From the NCBI GenBank assembly GCA_963726675.1, contig CAVSDQ010000016.1, positions 131,126 through 195,125 on the forward strand: a stretch of DNA of 64,000 nt. The letters run 5' to 3'. Both the position numbers and the translations under genes were made by a program. The notes below the pieces were generated by a model, which saw only the letters and a list, made by a program, of their open reading frames with translations, was not told the origin of the DNA and did not search any database. This document shows, piece by piece, positions 35,003-45,692 of the stretch. Positions within the stretch are counted from its first letter, which is position 1, and every line of letters starts with the position of its first letter. This DNA comes from an uncultured Actinomycetota bacterium (GTDB lineage Bacteria; Actinomycetota; Actinomycetes; Actinomycetales; Dermatophilaceae).

Positions 35003-35298
35003 TGCTGCGCATCTGCGGTGAGCGACGCACGTTCTGCCTGAGCGAGCACCTCGGCGTCGGCCGCAAGGTCGTCGGCGTGCCGTGCCAGCGCCTCGAGCCG
35101 CGCCGAGAGGGCGGCCAGCGCGTTGACCCGGTCCTGCACCCGGCGCTGGTAGCTCTCGGCCGCCTCGCCCTGCCACCAGACGAGGGCGGAGCGCGACAGG
35201 GCTGCACGCCGCTCGTCCATCGACCGAGCGGCCAGCCGACCGCGAACCGCCAGGGCTCTGGCCCGCTCGGCCATCTCGGACCACGTCAGCTCGGCCAC
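34999..35298 (-). CDS. Small WXG100-like protein
   Basis: 99 aa, helical, central WQGEAAESY motif; AGGAGG RBS; GTGA coupling to the hydrolase. Confidence 0.6.
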   Translation of the reverse strand: MAELTWSEMAERARALAVRGRLAARSMDERRAALSRSALVWWQGEAAESYQRRVQDRVNALAALSARLEALARHADDLAADAEVLAQAERASLTADAQQ

Positions 35299-35507
35299 GA
35301 CCCCTCCTGGCTGGGCACCACGCCGCGCCAACGCGCCCGCGGCGTGACCGGCATCCGACCGTCTGGCGGTCTGTCGTCCATCGGCTTCTCCCCTCGACAC
35401 GACCACCCTCCCCGCGGCGACCGAACCGCGACAGCCGCGCGCCAGACCTGTGGATGCAACGCCCCCACGGGCCGGCCTGTGGACGACGGACGCCTACGCT
35501 GGCGGCC

Positions 35508-36911
35508 ATGCCGCACCACGACCTCGTCATCATCGGCAGCGGCTCAGGGAACTCGCTGCTGACCCCGGAGCTCGACGGCCTCGACATCGCGATCATCGAG
35601 GGCGGCACCTTCGGGGGCACCTGCCTGAACGTCGGCTGCATCCCGACCAAGATGTTCGTGCTGCCGGCCGACCGGGTCGTCGACGCCCACGAGGCCCACC
35701 GCCTCGGCGTCACCTTCGGCGAGCCGACGGTCGACTGGCCCGGCATCCGCGACCGGATCTTCGGGCGGATCGACCCGATCTCGGCCGGCGGCGAGGCCTA
35801 CCGCCTCGGCCAGGAGCACACCACCCTCTACCGCACCCACGCGACGTTCACCGGGGAGCGCCGGCTCGCGCTGGCCACCGGCGAGGAGGTGACCGCCGAC
35901 CGCCTCGTGGTCGCGGCCGGCAGCCACCCGGTCGGCCTGGACGTCGACGGCCTGCGCGCGCCCGACCCCGAGCACGGCGTGCACACCTCCGACACCGTGA
36001 TGCGGCTCGAGTCGCTGCCGCCCCGGATGGCCGTGATCGGTGGGGGGTTCGTCGCCTGCGAGATGGCGCACGTCTTCTCGGCCCTCGGCGTGGCGGTGAC
36101 CCAGGTGCAGCGCGGGCCGGCGCTGCTGCGGCACCACGAGGTGGAGGTGTCCCAGCGCTACACCGAGGTCGCGCGGCACCGCTACGACCTGCGCCTGTCG
36201 ACGACCACGACGGCGGCCCAGCGGGTCGGTGACGTGTGGCAGATCGACGTCGTCGGGCCCGGCGGCGCGGGCCACGTCGAGGCAGAGGTGGTGCTCCTCG
36301 CCGTGGGCCGCGTGCCGAACACCGACCGGCTCGACCCGGCTGCCGGTGGGCTCGACGTGCACGACGACGGGCGGCTCGTGGTCGACGAGCAGCTGCGGGC
36401 GACGGCTCCTGGCGTGTGGGCGCTCGGTGACGTCTCGTCGGCCCACCAGCTCAAGCACGTGGCCAACCATGAGGCGCGGATCGTCGCGCACAACCTCGCC
36501 GTCGACGTGGGCCGGCTCCCGGGGCAGCCACGCACCACCGACGACCGCCCCATCCCTCACGCGGTCTTCGGCCACCCGCAGGTCGCCGCCTTCGGGCCGA
36601 CCGCCGCCGAGCTCGACGACGCCGGCACCCCGTACATCACCGCGACCCAGGCCTTCGGCGACGTGGCCTACGGCTGGGCGCTGGAGGACACCACCGGCCT
36701 GCTCACCGTGCACGCCGACCCCACCGGCCGGATCCTCGCGGCCCACGCCGTCGGGCCGCACTCGTCCACGGTCATCCAGCCGCTGGTGCAGGCCGCGACG
36801 TTCGGGCAGCACGCCCTCGACGTGGCGCGTGGGCAGTACTGGATCCACCCCGCACTGGCCGAGGTCGTCGAGAACGCGCTGCTCGGCCTGCCGCTCCCCC
36901 ATCCGGCCTGA
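35508..36911 (+). CDS. mtr: Mycothione reductase
   Basis: IIGSGSGNS, GGTCLNVGCIPTKM, QLKHVANHE, QYWIHPAL. Confidence 0.92.
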   Translation: MPHHDLVIIGSGSGNSLLTPELDGLDIAIIEGGTFGGTCLNVGCIPTKMFVLPADRVVDAHEAHRLGVTFGEPTVDWPGIRDRIFGRIDPISAGGEAYRLGQEHTTLYRTHATFTGERRLALATGEEVTADRLVVAAGSHPVGLDVDGLRAPDPEHGVHTSDTVMRLESLPPRMAVIGGGFVACEMAHVFSALGVAVTQVQRGPALLRHHEVEVSQRYTEVARHRYDLRLSTTTTAAQRVGDVWQIDVVGPGGAGHVEAEVVLLAVGRVPNTDRLDPAAGGLDVHDDGRLVVDEQLRATAPGVWALGDVSSAHQLKHVANHEARIVAHNLAVDVGRLPGQPRTTDDRPIPHAVFGHPQVAAFGPTAAELDDAGTPYITATQAFGDVAYGWALEDTTGLLTVHADPTGRILAAHAVGPHSSTVIQPLVQAATFGQHALDVARGQYWIHPALAEVVENALLGLPLPHPA

Positions 36912-36954
36912 GCGTCCTCACGGTGTCGCCGGCCGACAGTCTGGCGGATGCCGG

Positions 36955-37689
36955 TCAGCCGGGTGGCGCGGTCGGGCTGCGGTCGGTCAGGCAGTAGACC
37001 CGGCCCATCGGGTCTGCCATCACCGTCCAGCCCGCGCGCATCTGCACGACCTTCGCGCCCGCCGCCAGGTGCCGCTCGGTCGAGCTCGTGCGGTCGCTGC
37101 AGGCGAGGTCGGCGTGAGCCCGCACCGGGCCGGTCGGCTCCCCCAGTCGCTGGAACAACAAGCGAAACGGGATGCCGGCCGGCCGCCTGAGCACGGACAG
37201 CTCCGGCTCGTCGACGTCGGCCCACGTCCAGCCGGTGAGGGCGGTCCAGAACTCGACCTCGGCATCGTGCACGTCGTCGGGGCAGTCGAGGCAGACCTGG
37301 TCGACCAGCTCGGTGGCCCCATCGCGCACCTGCTCGGCATCGCCGTGCCACGGCGTGAGGCAGAACGTCAGGCCGCCCGGCGAGCGCAGGATGACGACCG
37401 TCTCGCCGATCGCACCGATCCGCCTGGCGCCCAGCCTCTCTGCCTCCGAAGCCGCAGCGGCCACGTCGTCGACGCCGAGGTCGAGGTGGATGCCGGCCGG
37501 CCCGTCATCGGCCGCCTGCACCTTGAGCCAGGCGTCGCCTTGGGCGGGCAGGAGCGTGGCGAACTCACCGGAGTCGCCGCGGGCGGCCGACATCGACCAG
37601 CCGGTGACCGTCGACCAGAACGCCCACGACCGCGCGGCCTCGCGGCGTGGGGTGTCGAGGAAGACCCAGGCCCAGCGAATGTGGATCAT
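36955..37689 (-). CDS. VOC/glyoxalase-like two-domain protein
   Basis: FWS.VTGW, IHLDL, SPGGLTFC, AHADL, DPMGRVYC. Confidence 0.8.
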   Translation of the reverse strand: MIHIRWAWVFLDTPRREAARSWAFWSTVTGWSMSAARGDSGEFATLLPAQGDAWLKVQAADDGPAGIHLDLGVDDVAAAASEAERLGARRIGAIGETVVILRSPGGLTFCLTPWHGDAEQVRDGATELVDQVCLDCPDDVHDAEVEFWTALTGWTWADVDEPELSVLRRPAGIPFRLLFQRLGEPTGPVRAHADLACSDRTSSTERHLAAGAKVVQMRAGWTVMADPMGRVYCLTDRSPTAPPG

Positions 37690-38684
37690 CGGGTCACCTC
37701 GTGCAGGTGGTCGGCGCAGGCCGTCACCCGCTCTCGCCACCACGCCGCGCGGTCGGGAGGCGCGGCGAACTGCTCGAGGCGCTCGGGGTCGACGCCGACC
37801 CGACCGACCGCCAAGGACCCGGCGACAGGGACGAGGGGCTCCACCGCCACGTCACCGGCCAGCAGCGCGACGGTGCCCAGCCCACAGGCGTGCTCGAGCG
37901 ACGGCAGGGCTGCGGCGAGCGCCACCCCGGCCGAGATTCCGACGCTCGTGTCGAGCGCAGACGACACCACGGCGGGCAGCCCGCAGGCGTCGACGACCGC
38001 CAGGGCGGACGCCACCCCACCGAGCGGTGCCACCTTCACCACGACGATGTCGGCCGCCTCGAGGTCGCGCACGCGTAGCGGGTCGTCGACCTTGCGGATC
38101 GACTCGTCGGCGGCGATCGGCACATCGACACCGTTGCGAGCCAACGAGATCCGCAGGTCGCGCAACTCCTCGACCGTCGCGCACGGCTGCTCGGCGTACT
38201 CGAGGTCATAGACGCCCAGGCGACCCAGCGCGGCAAGGGCGTCGGCGACCGACCACGCCCCGTTGGCGTCGACGCGCACCCGACCCGAGGGCCCCAGCAC
38301 GTCACGCACGGCAGCAACCCGAGCTACGTCATCGGCGAGCGACTGCCGCCGCTCGGCCACCTTCACCTTGGCGGTGGTGCACCCGGGGAACCGCGCCAGC
38401 ACGTCGGCCACCTGCTCGGGCCCCACTGCCGGCACCGTGGCGTTCACGGGCACCCGGTCGCGCACGGCATCCGGCCACCCCACCCACGCCGACTCCACCG
38501 CAGAGGCGAGCCACCGCGACGCCTCCACCGGCCCGTACTCGAGGAAGGGCCCGAACTCGCCCCACCCGACCGGACCCTCGAACAGCGCCACCTCACGCGT
38601 CGTCACCCCACGGAACGGCACCCGCATCGGGATGGCGACCACGTGCAGGGCAGCGAGCAGGTCACCGACGGGAGGCAGCGGCAT
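37686..38684 (-). CDS. menC: o-succinylbenzoate synthase
   Basis: PVNATVP, KVKV, RVDANG, EQPC, ADES, SSALDT. Confidence 0.93.
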   Translation of the reverse strand: MPLPPVGDLLAALHVVAIPMRVPFRGVTTREVALFEGPVGWGEFGPFLEYGPVEASRWLASAVESAWVGWPDAVRDRVPVNATVPAVGPEQVADVLARFPGCTTAKVKVAERRQSLADDVARVAAVRDVLGPSGRVRVDANGAWSVADALAALGRLGVYDLEYAEQPCATVEELRDLRISLARNGVDVPIAADESIRKVDDPLRVRDLEAADIVVVKVAPLGGVASALAVVDACGLPAVVSSALDTSVGISAGVALAAALPSLEHACGLGTVALLAGDVAVEPLVPVAGSLAVGRVGVDPERLEQFAAPPDRAAWWRERVTACADHLHEVTR

Positions 38685-38789
38685 ACACCCACCGTAGGCC
38701 GCGACCCGGTCTGGTCACGGGCGGACCCCGACCGGCCGCCGGGCGCGGCCGCCGCTTGGGTCGCGGGACGCCCACCGCGGCACCGGACG

Positions 38790-39725
38790 TCATCCGGCAT
38801 CCGGCGTGCGTGCCCGCAGGCCGAGCGCCAGGTCGCGCATCAGCACCAACCGGCGGCGGAAGCGGGCGACCAGCAGGTCGGCGCTGCCGAGCGGTATGAC
38901 GGCCGGCTGGGCGTCGAACATCCACAACGGCCTGCCGTAGTGGGTGGACCCGTCGCCACCGACGGCATGGGCGAACGAGGCGCCACGGCCGGAGGGCGAG
39001 GATGACAGACCGCAGACGTCCTGGATGACGCCAACCCGAACCGGCCGGTTCGTACCCACGAGGTCGTTGCCCTTGGCGACCGCCCACAGCACCGCGCCGG
39101 TCGCCACGTCGTCGCGATCGCTGCGGGTGAGCAGCCCCGGCTCGGACGAGACCGCACGGGTGAGCAGGAGGCGGGCCGCCGCGGGCCCCTCGTCGCCGAG
39201 CAGCACCGGCGCCCACTGTTGGAGCCGGGCATCGATGCCGCGCACGCGCTCGTGCAGGTCGTCGCGGATGCCGTCGAGGCAGAGCTCGACCGGCTCCAGT
39301 GGTGACACGTCGAGGGCCGCGAGCGCGTCGTCACCCCCGACGATGCGCGCCAGCCACGCCAGCGTCCGCTCGTGGGGCGCCGGCACGGGCGCCGGAGGTG
39401 GAGGAGGCGGCGGAACCGCACCGCGGAGCAGCCCACGGTCCCTCAGCTCGAGGGCCGCGCACTCGTAGCCGCTGCCGGCCACCGGCTCCCGAACCACGTC
39501 GACCACCCGGTCGCCGATGATCACCACCTTCGCGAGCTCGCCCAGGCCGCCGCCGGCGTACTCCGTGCGGCCGTACCCAGCGCTGCCGTACGCCGCCTCG
39601 TCGCCATACCGATCGTCCGGCGGGTCGAGGCCGTACGGACCCGGGTCGTCACCCGGGTCCTCGAACAGTCCGCGCGGCCGGAACCGCAGCACGTCGGCAT
39701 CCTCACCCATATCCACTTTCCCCAT
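38790..39725 (-). CDS. Hypothetical protein (poly-Pro linker, helical C-terminal domain)
   Basis: 311-aa ORF filling the menC-menB gap with plausible codon usage. Confidence 0.6.
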   Translation of the reverse strand: MGKVDMGEDADVLRFRPRGLFEDPGDDPGPYGLDPPDDRYGDEAAYGSAGYGRTEYAGGGLGELAKVVIIGDRVVDVVREPVAGSGYECAALELRDRGLLRGAVPPPPPPPAPVPAPHERTLAWLARIVGGDDALAALDVSPLEPVELCLDGIRDDLHERVRGIDARLQQWAPVLLGDEGPAAARLLLTRAVSSEPGLLTRSDRDDVATGAVLWAVAKGNDLVGTNRPVRVGVIQDVCGLSSSPSGRGASFAHAVGGDGSTHYGRPLWMFDAQPAVIPLGSADLLVARFRRRLVLMRDLALGLRARTPDAG

Positions 39726-39790
39726 CCCTGGCGAGCCCCCGGCTCACCTCCACGACGAGCGTGGCACGACCCGCCGACGGCCCTGCCGAG

Positions 39791-39799
39791 TTATCCACA
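39791..39799 (+). promoter_or_regulatory. Perfect DnaA-box sequence TTATCCACA
   Basis: Exact 9-mer in the divergent intergenic region before menB. Confidence 0.4.
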
Positions 39800-39825
39800 G
39801 GCACCTCGCGACTAGCCTTGCGGCC

Positions 39826-40767
<942 letters not shown>

Positions 40768-40777
40768 AACAGGGCAT

Positions 40778-40830
40778 AGTCGCAGGTCAACCGTGGTCTA
40801 CCTCCCTGTAGTCCGCAGGGAGTCCGCAGG
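40778..40830. repeat. Candidate integrase arm-type sites AGTC(C)GCAGG x3
   Basis: AGTCGCAGG 40778-40786; AGTCCGCAGG 40810-40819 and 40821-40830. Confidence 0.5.
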
Positions 40831-41922
40831 AATGCCCATCGCTGCTCGCATCAGACCGGCCGCGGCCTTGCGCGTCTGGTCCTCGGCGGTCGGCCACAGG
40901 TGCGCATAGGTGCTCAGAGTGGTGGTGGCCGTCGAGTGTCCGAGGGCACGCTGGACCGTCACAACATTGCACCCGTCTGCAATCAGTCCGCTGGCGTAGA
41001 AGTGCCGGAGATCGTGAAGCCGAACCCAAGACAGTCCAGCCGCCTTCCGAGTCGCGCGCCAGCGCCATGTCACAGCGTTGTCATGCATCGGCTCACCGCC
41101 GATCGTGAAGAGCCATCGGTCCGGCGCACCTTGCGACGTCGACGTCGCGATGTGCTCTGCCAACATGGTGAGCAGGTCGTCGGGCAGCGAAACGGCACGC
41201 TCGGACCCGTACTTCGGTGGAGCGACCTTGTAGCCCGGCCCATCACGCTGGATCTGCCGTGACACCTTCAGTTCGCGCCGAAGGAAGTCGATGTCTCGGA
41301 CCTGGACACCCGACGCCTCACCGAGCCGCAGCCCAGCGAACGCACACAGGGCGACGAAGGCCCGGAACCCCTTCCGGGTCGAAACCCGCTCGCTGTCGGC
41401 AGACGCAAGGAGCCGGCCGACCTCCTCGACGGTGGGAGTCCGCATCGCCGCCTCGGCCTTCCGACGACGCGGAAGGACAGCACCTTCGGCAGGGTCGGAC
41501 GAGATCACCTTGTCTTTGACGGCCGCCCGCATCACCGAGCGCACGATCACGAACTTGGTCTTAATGGTCGTCGCTGCGAGCCCGTCAACGGTCATGGACT
41601 TGATCCAGACCTCCACATGCGACCTTCGGATGGTACTCATCGGCAGGTCCCCGAATGGCACTCCCTTGACAGTCCGGTCCGCGTTGTCGCGCGTCGACGC
41701 AACCCAGATCTGGCGAGCTGACCAGGCCGCGTAGAACTTGCGGAAGGTGATCTTGCCCGCCTTGGGGTCGACGTACTGCCCAGTGACAAGGGAGGCAGTC
41801 ACCTCGTCCAGCCACCGCTGCGCGTCCACCTTCCGAGGAAAGTGCCGGGCATGCTCCTTGCCCCCCTCGTCCCGGTAACGCGCCCGCCACTTGCCATTGT
41901 CGCGTTTCGCAATGCTGGGCAT
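40798..41922 (-). CDS. int: Tyrosine recombinase/integrase
   Basis: AGLRLGE (R), PK, LHDLRHFYAS (HxxR), LGHS, TYAH (Y); N-terminal arm-binding WRARYRD. Confidence 0.95.
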   Translation of the reverse strand: MPSIAKRDNGKWRARYRDEGGKEHARHFPRKVDAQRWLDEVTASLVTGQYVDPKAGKITFRKFYAAWSARQIWVASTRDNADRTVKGVPFGDLPMSTIRRSHVEVWIKSMTVDGLAATTIKTKFVIVRSVMRAAVKDKVISSDPAEGAVLPRRRKAEAAMRTPTVEEVGRLLASADSERVSTRKGFRAFVALCAFAGLRLGEASGVQVRDIDFLRRELKVSRQIQRDGPGYKVAPPKYGSERAVSLPDDLLTMLAEHIATSTSQGAPDRWLFTIGGEPMHDNAVTWRWRATRKAAGLSWVRLHDLRHFYASGLIADGCNVVTVQRALGHSTATTTLSTYAHLWPTAEDQTRKAAAGLMRAAMGIPADSLRTTGR

Positions 41923-41949
41923 GGGTCCTCCTCAGAAGGTGCAGGGCGC

Positions 41950-42170
41950 AATAAGCCGTCCGATGTCAGCGACTCCCGGGCGGTGATGCGCCAGTAGGTG
42001 GTGCGGGGAAACGTGGATTCTGTCTCGGCGACGAAGCCGAGCTCGTGACGGGCTCGGTGAAGGCTGGCCTCGCTGATGCCACCTTTGGCGGCCTTGCTTG
42101 AGCACTGACAACTCAGCGGCGCCACCATTCTCAACCAAGAACGCCTGTAGCCACGTCTGCGGTGTCCTCG
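41950..42170 (-). pseudogene. C-terminal remnant of an AAA/RepA-type replication ATPase
   Basis: TWLQAFLVENGG ... AAKGGISEASLHRARHELG ... TYWRI across frames; resembles tails of AAA_25 proteins in actinobacterial integrative elements. Confidence 0.5.
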
Positions 42171-42403
42171 CAGGCTACCTGCGCGGCAGCGGACTGGCTG
42201 TCAAGCCACAGATAGACCTCAGTACGCCAGTAGCGAACCGACCGTCCAATTCGGAAGCTGCGCGGTCCCGTTCCGAGGTGCCGCCAGTAGCGCAGGGTTG
42301 CGACCGGCACGCGCACGACGTCCGAGACCTCCTGCAAGGTCAGCAGTTCGTCATCGGTGTGCGCTGGTAGGGCCGCGCTGGTGGGGCGTGGGGTGGTACT
42401 CAC
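42131..42403 (-). CDS. Excisionase / AlpA-like HTH protein
   Basis: LLTLQEVS..VRVPVATLRYWRHLGTGPRSFRIGRSVRY. Confidence 0.88.
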   Translation of the reverse strand: MSTTPRPTSAALPAHTDDELLTLQEVSDVVRVPVATLRYWRHLGTGPRSFRIGRSVRYWRTEVYLWLDSQSAAAQVACEDTADVATGVLG

Positions 42404-42436
42404 GATGGTCCTCCTTGTCTCGGCGTCGGCACCTCG

Positions 42437-42742
42437 CTACCGACGATTTCCGCTATGTCTCCCTAAAGCCCGTACCTGAGCCGTTGTGGCCATCGATAAC
42501 GGGCGCCGGATCGCAGCTGGTCTTGGGGCCGTTGGCTCCACGTGCTCCAAATGACATGGCTTGAAGTAGTCATCGTCCGCTCGCAACTCCTCGCTGGCCC
42601 AGACACACCAACCGCAGGTGTCCGCAGCGGGATGGTGCCGAAGGCCGTTGACGGGCCATAGCCCATCACGCAGGTTGAGAGCGACACCCAGCTTCACGCC
42701 TATCAACGGAGGGCTCGCGGCAACGCCGCGCGGGGAGGCCAA
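42437..42742 (-). pseudogene. Degraded Imm33-like immunity protein
   Basis: PVNGLRHHP..DTCGWCVWASEEL..DDDYFKPCHLEH motif; truncated. Confidence 0.5.
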
Positions 42743-42939
42743 GCGTGCCCATTCCCCCCGCTGGTCCAGTCATCAAGCATGGCTCGAGTGGAGCAGACCC
42801 ACACAGAGTTGCGGCTGTTGAGGCACCGACCGCGGCATAGCGCGTGCGGCGAGATCGGGACACACCTGAGCACCGGCTCCGCCCGGACCGCCGTCCCGCT
42901 CACACCCGTTCGACGCGGTCGGCCTGTGGTCCTCGATCG

Positions 42940-43450
42940 CTCTGTCGCACCTGGTACCGGAGCCCATCGCGAGACGCCTGCGGGGTCAGCCCGAGGACTG
43001 TGTGGAAGGACAACGGTCAGGTGGGCGAGCTTCGCCAGCGGCGATCCCGGTCAACACCAACAGCGCAGCCCCGCACTCCCTGGCCACGCGTAGCGAAGGT
43101 CACCGCCTCGGCCGAGGAGCCACCTGCGGAGATGGCCAGCACCACATCACCCGATGTGACACCGCCAAGGCCACCGACCACGGCGTCACCAGGATCCAGG
43201 ATCAGCAACGGCGTCTCGGCGGTGCTGAGCAAATGCGCCACTCGTCGGCATGGCGGGCGCCGAGGTACCCACGGCCATGGCGACCAGCGGGCCGGAGCGG
43301 CACCGGATGACCGAACAGCTCAGACGAACGTGTCGTCGAGTGACTCAGCCACCAGGCGCAATACCTGCGCCTCGTCGAGTACCCTAAGGCGCGCCGCTGC
43401 CACAGTGCTGCGCGTCGCTCGCAGAGAACTCGCGTCCTTGCTGCCTGCTC
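42940..43450 (-). pseudogene. Degraded KpsF/GutQ-like SIS sugar-phosphate isomerase
   Basis: VGTS..VAHLLS...LDPGDAV.GGLGGV..GDVVLAISAGGSSAE, with stop and frameshifts. Confidence 0.6.
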
Positions 43451-43460
43451 ACCAGGAGCG

Positions 43461-43751
43461 TCACGGGGTCTGCAGTGGCTGTAGGAACCGCAAAGCCACA
43501 TCGGAACGAATCAACGGCGCTAGCCTCTGGTTAAAGGCGGCGTTCTCGACGGTCGCGACATGAGCCCAGAAGGCCGACTCGTCTCGATACCGCTCGAACA
43601 CCACGAACTCGTTCGGCTGTTCCACTGCGGTGCTGGGCTCGAACAGAACAGTTCCCTCCTGCGCACGTACCACCAAGGCATAGGCGGTGAGCAGGTCGCG
43701 CACGGCGTCCTCGCTCCCATCCTTCGCCGTGAACGAGGCGATAAGCTCCAT
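43461..43751 (-). CDS. ABM-family (putative quinol) monooxygenase
   Basis: VRAQEGTVLF, FVVFERYRDESAFWAH. Confidence 0.8.
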   Translation of the reverse strand: MELIASFTAKDGSEDAVRDLLTAYALVVRAQEGTVLFEPSTAVEQPNEFVVFERYRDESAFWAHVATVENAAFNQRLAPLIRSDVALRFLQPLQTP

Positions 43752-43847
43752 GCGTTGAACCTTCCTGTGGCGGTCGACCGATCATGGCTCTAGGAGGCTA
43801 GGACCGGCGAAGCCGGATCCTCGGGCCACGTTTCATGCCGCCAGTCC

Positions 43848-44120
43848 GGGGTATGTCCGCCAAACGGTGTTTCTGGCCTGACACGCCGACAGCTGTCGGC
43901 GGGAAGGTTGGTCACTGATGACCGAGACAATCAAGGGCGTGAGCTCGATGCCAAATCATGCGAAGAAGAGGACGTCGACGGCGTCGGCCAGGGAGCGGGC
44001 GGCGATCGCTGAGCTGGTCAAGGCCGCTCGAGAACGCGGTGATGACATCACCGGCCCGGACGGGCTGTTGAAGTCGATCACCGCCACGGTGCTCGAGGCG
44101 GCGCTGGAGGAGGAGATGAC
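43848..44120 (+). mobile_element. Truncated IS256-family element (left end plus transposase N-terminus)
   Basis: GGGGTATGTCC end-like sequence; [33 protein letters not shown]. Confidence 0.8.
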
Positions 44121-44407
44121 GCCGTGCCAGTGCTCCTCGTCAGCCTCGAACAGAACGCGGTCGCCGGGTCGAATGAGCTCGACCGGTCCGCCGCGACGCT
44201 GACACAGGCGCACACCTTCGGTGACGAACACCGTCTGGCCCAGTGGGTGCCGGTGCCAATGACTGCGCGCCCAGGCATCAAGTGGACGAGGTTTGCCGTG
44301 ACGCGGGAGGGCTCTTGGGCGGCAGCGATGGCGTCGATGTACACATCGCCGGTGAACCAGTCCGACGGACCCCTGGCGGTGTCGACAGAGCTGCGGGTGA
44401 TCTGCAT
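44121..44407 (-). pseudogene. Cupin-domain protein, truncated and frameshifted
   Basis: [29 protein letters not shown], then abuts the IS256 fragment. Confidence 0.75.
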
Positions 44408-44498
44408 GGTTGACCTCACTTGAGACAAGACGTACGAGGGATGCGGTGGCGTGGCATTTCCAGGGCCGATAGCGAAGCGATATCCAACGACCACTCCC

Positions 44499-45533
44499 TT
44501 ACAACTCTTCTCCCAAAGTCAGTAGCACCTTGGTGGCCCTTCGCTCGTCCATAGCCCTATACCCCGCCGCGGCCTCCTCAAAGGGCAGAGTCAGATCGAA
44601 AACCCTGCCCGGATCAATCTTGCGATCCCAAATGAGTTGAATGAGGTCGGGCAGAAAACGTCGCACCGGCGCGGGACCTCCCTCAACATGAATACCCGCG
44701 AAGAACAGGCCGATGCCCGGAATTTGGACGTCGTAGTTGACCCCGACAAAACCCATGTGGCCGCCGCCGCGAGTTGCGCCGATGGCCTGCATGAAAGCTT
44801 CCTGCGTTCCAACGGCCTCGACCACAGAGTGCGCTCCGAGCCCGCCGGTCAGTTCCTTGATTCTCTTTACGCCTTCGTCACCGCGCTCCTCAACGATGTC
44901 GGTAGCGCCGTAGAAGCGGGCCAAGTTCTGCCGCTCCGGGTGACGGGACATGGCGATGATGCGCTCAGCACCAAGCTGCTTGGCGGCGAGAACAGCCATC
45001 AACCCGACAGCCCCATCGCCCACCACCGCAACGGTCTTGCCCGGTCCAGCCTGCGCGGCGACTGCGCCATACCAGCCAGTCCCGAGCACATCCGACGCGG
45101 CGAGCAGTGACGGGATCATTGCGGCGTCCGGCTGCCCTGGGGTTGCTACCAGGGTTCCGTCAGCAAGCGGGATCCGAGCCCTCTGCGCCTGCGACCCGAC
45201 CACTTGGTCGGCGAATTGGCGGCGCACACACTGCGACTGGTAACCGGCCTGGCAAATCTCACAGGTGTTGTCCGAGATCACGAAGGAGCCGACTACGAAG
45301 TCACCCACCTTGATGTCCATGACCCCGTCACCGACTTCCTCCACGATGCCGACGTACTCATGGCCCATCGCCTGGTGGTCGACGTCGATCACGCCACGAT
45401 AGGGCCACAGGTCGGAGCCACAGATGCAAGCTGCACTCAGGCGAATGATCGCATCCGTCGGCTCGACGATTCCAGGCTCGTCGCGGTCCTCGACGCGGAC
45501 GTCCCCGGGCTTATGCATCACTACTTGCCGCAT
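44499..45533 (-). CDS. Zn-dependent alcohol dehydrogenase
   Basis: CICGSD, GHEY.G, SDVLGTG, GDGAVG. Confidence 0.9.
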   Translation of the reverse strand: MRQVVMHKPGDVRVEDRDEPGIVEPTDAIIRLSAACICGSDLWPYRGVIDVDHQAMGHEYVGIVEEVGDGVMDIKVGDFVVGSFVISDNTCEICQAGYQSQCVRRQFADQVVGSQAQRARIPLADGTLVATPGQPDAAMIPSLLAASDVLGTGWYGAVAAQAGPGKTVAVVGDGAVGLMAVLAAKQLGAERIIAMSRHPERQNLARFYGATDIVEERGDEGVKRIKELTGGLGAHSVVEAVGTQEAFMQAIGATRGGGHMGFVGVNYDVQIPGIGLFFAGIHVEGGPAPVRRFLPDLIQLIWDRKIDPGRVFDLTLPFEEAAAGYRAMDERRATKVLLTLGEEL

Positions 45534-45692
45534 GGTCTTCTCCTGTTGTTGTAGGTCGGATCCCAACCGACGGAAGGGGTAGGTTTTCGACTGTCGTTCA
45601 CACGGCCCCGCCATGCACCGGCAAGCCCGTCGAAACGACGATGTGAGCGGATCCGGCCACCGTCAGCTTTGGGCTTCACCCTCCGCGTGGAC

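Noticed and set aside
39791-39799. Replication origin
   Set aside because: Single DnaA box, no AT-rich unwinding element, no dnaA/dnaN nearby
40798-42403. Prophage
   Set aside because: No structural, packaging or lysis genes; cargo is metabolic
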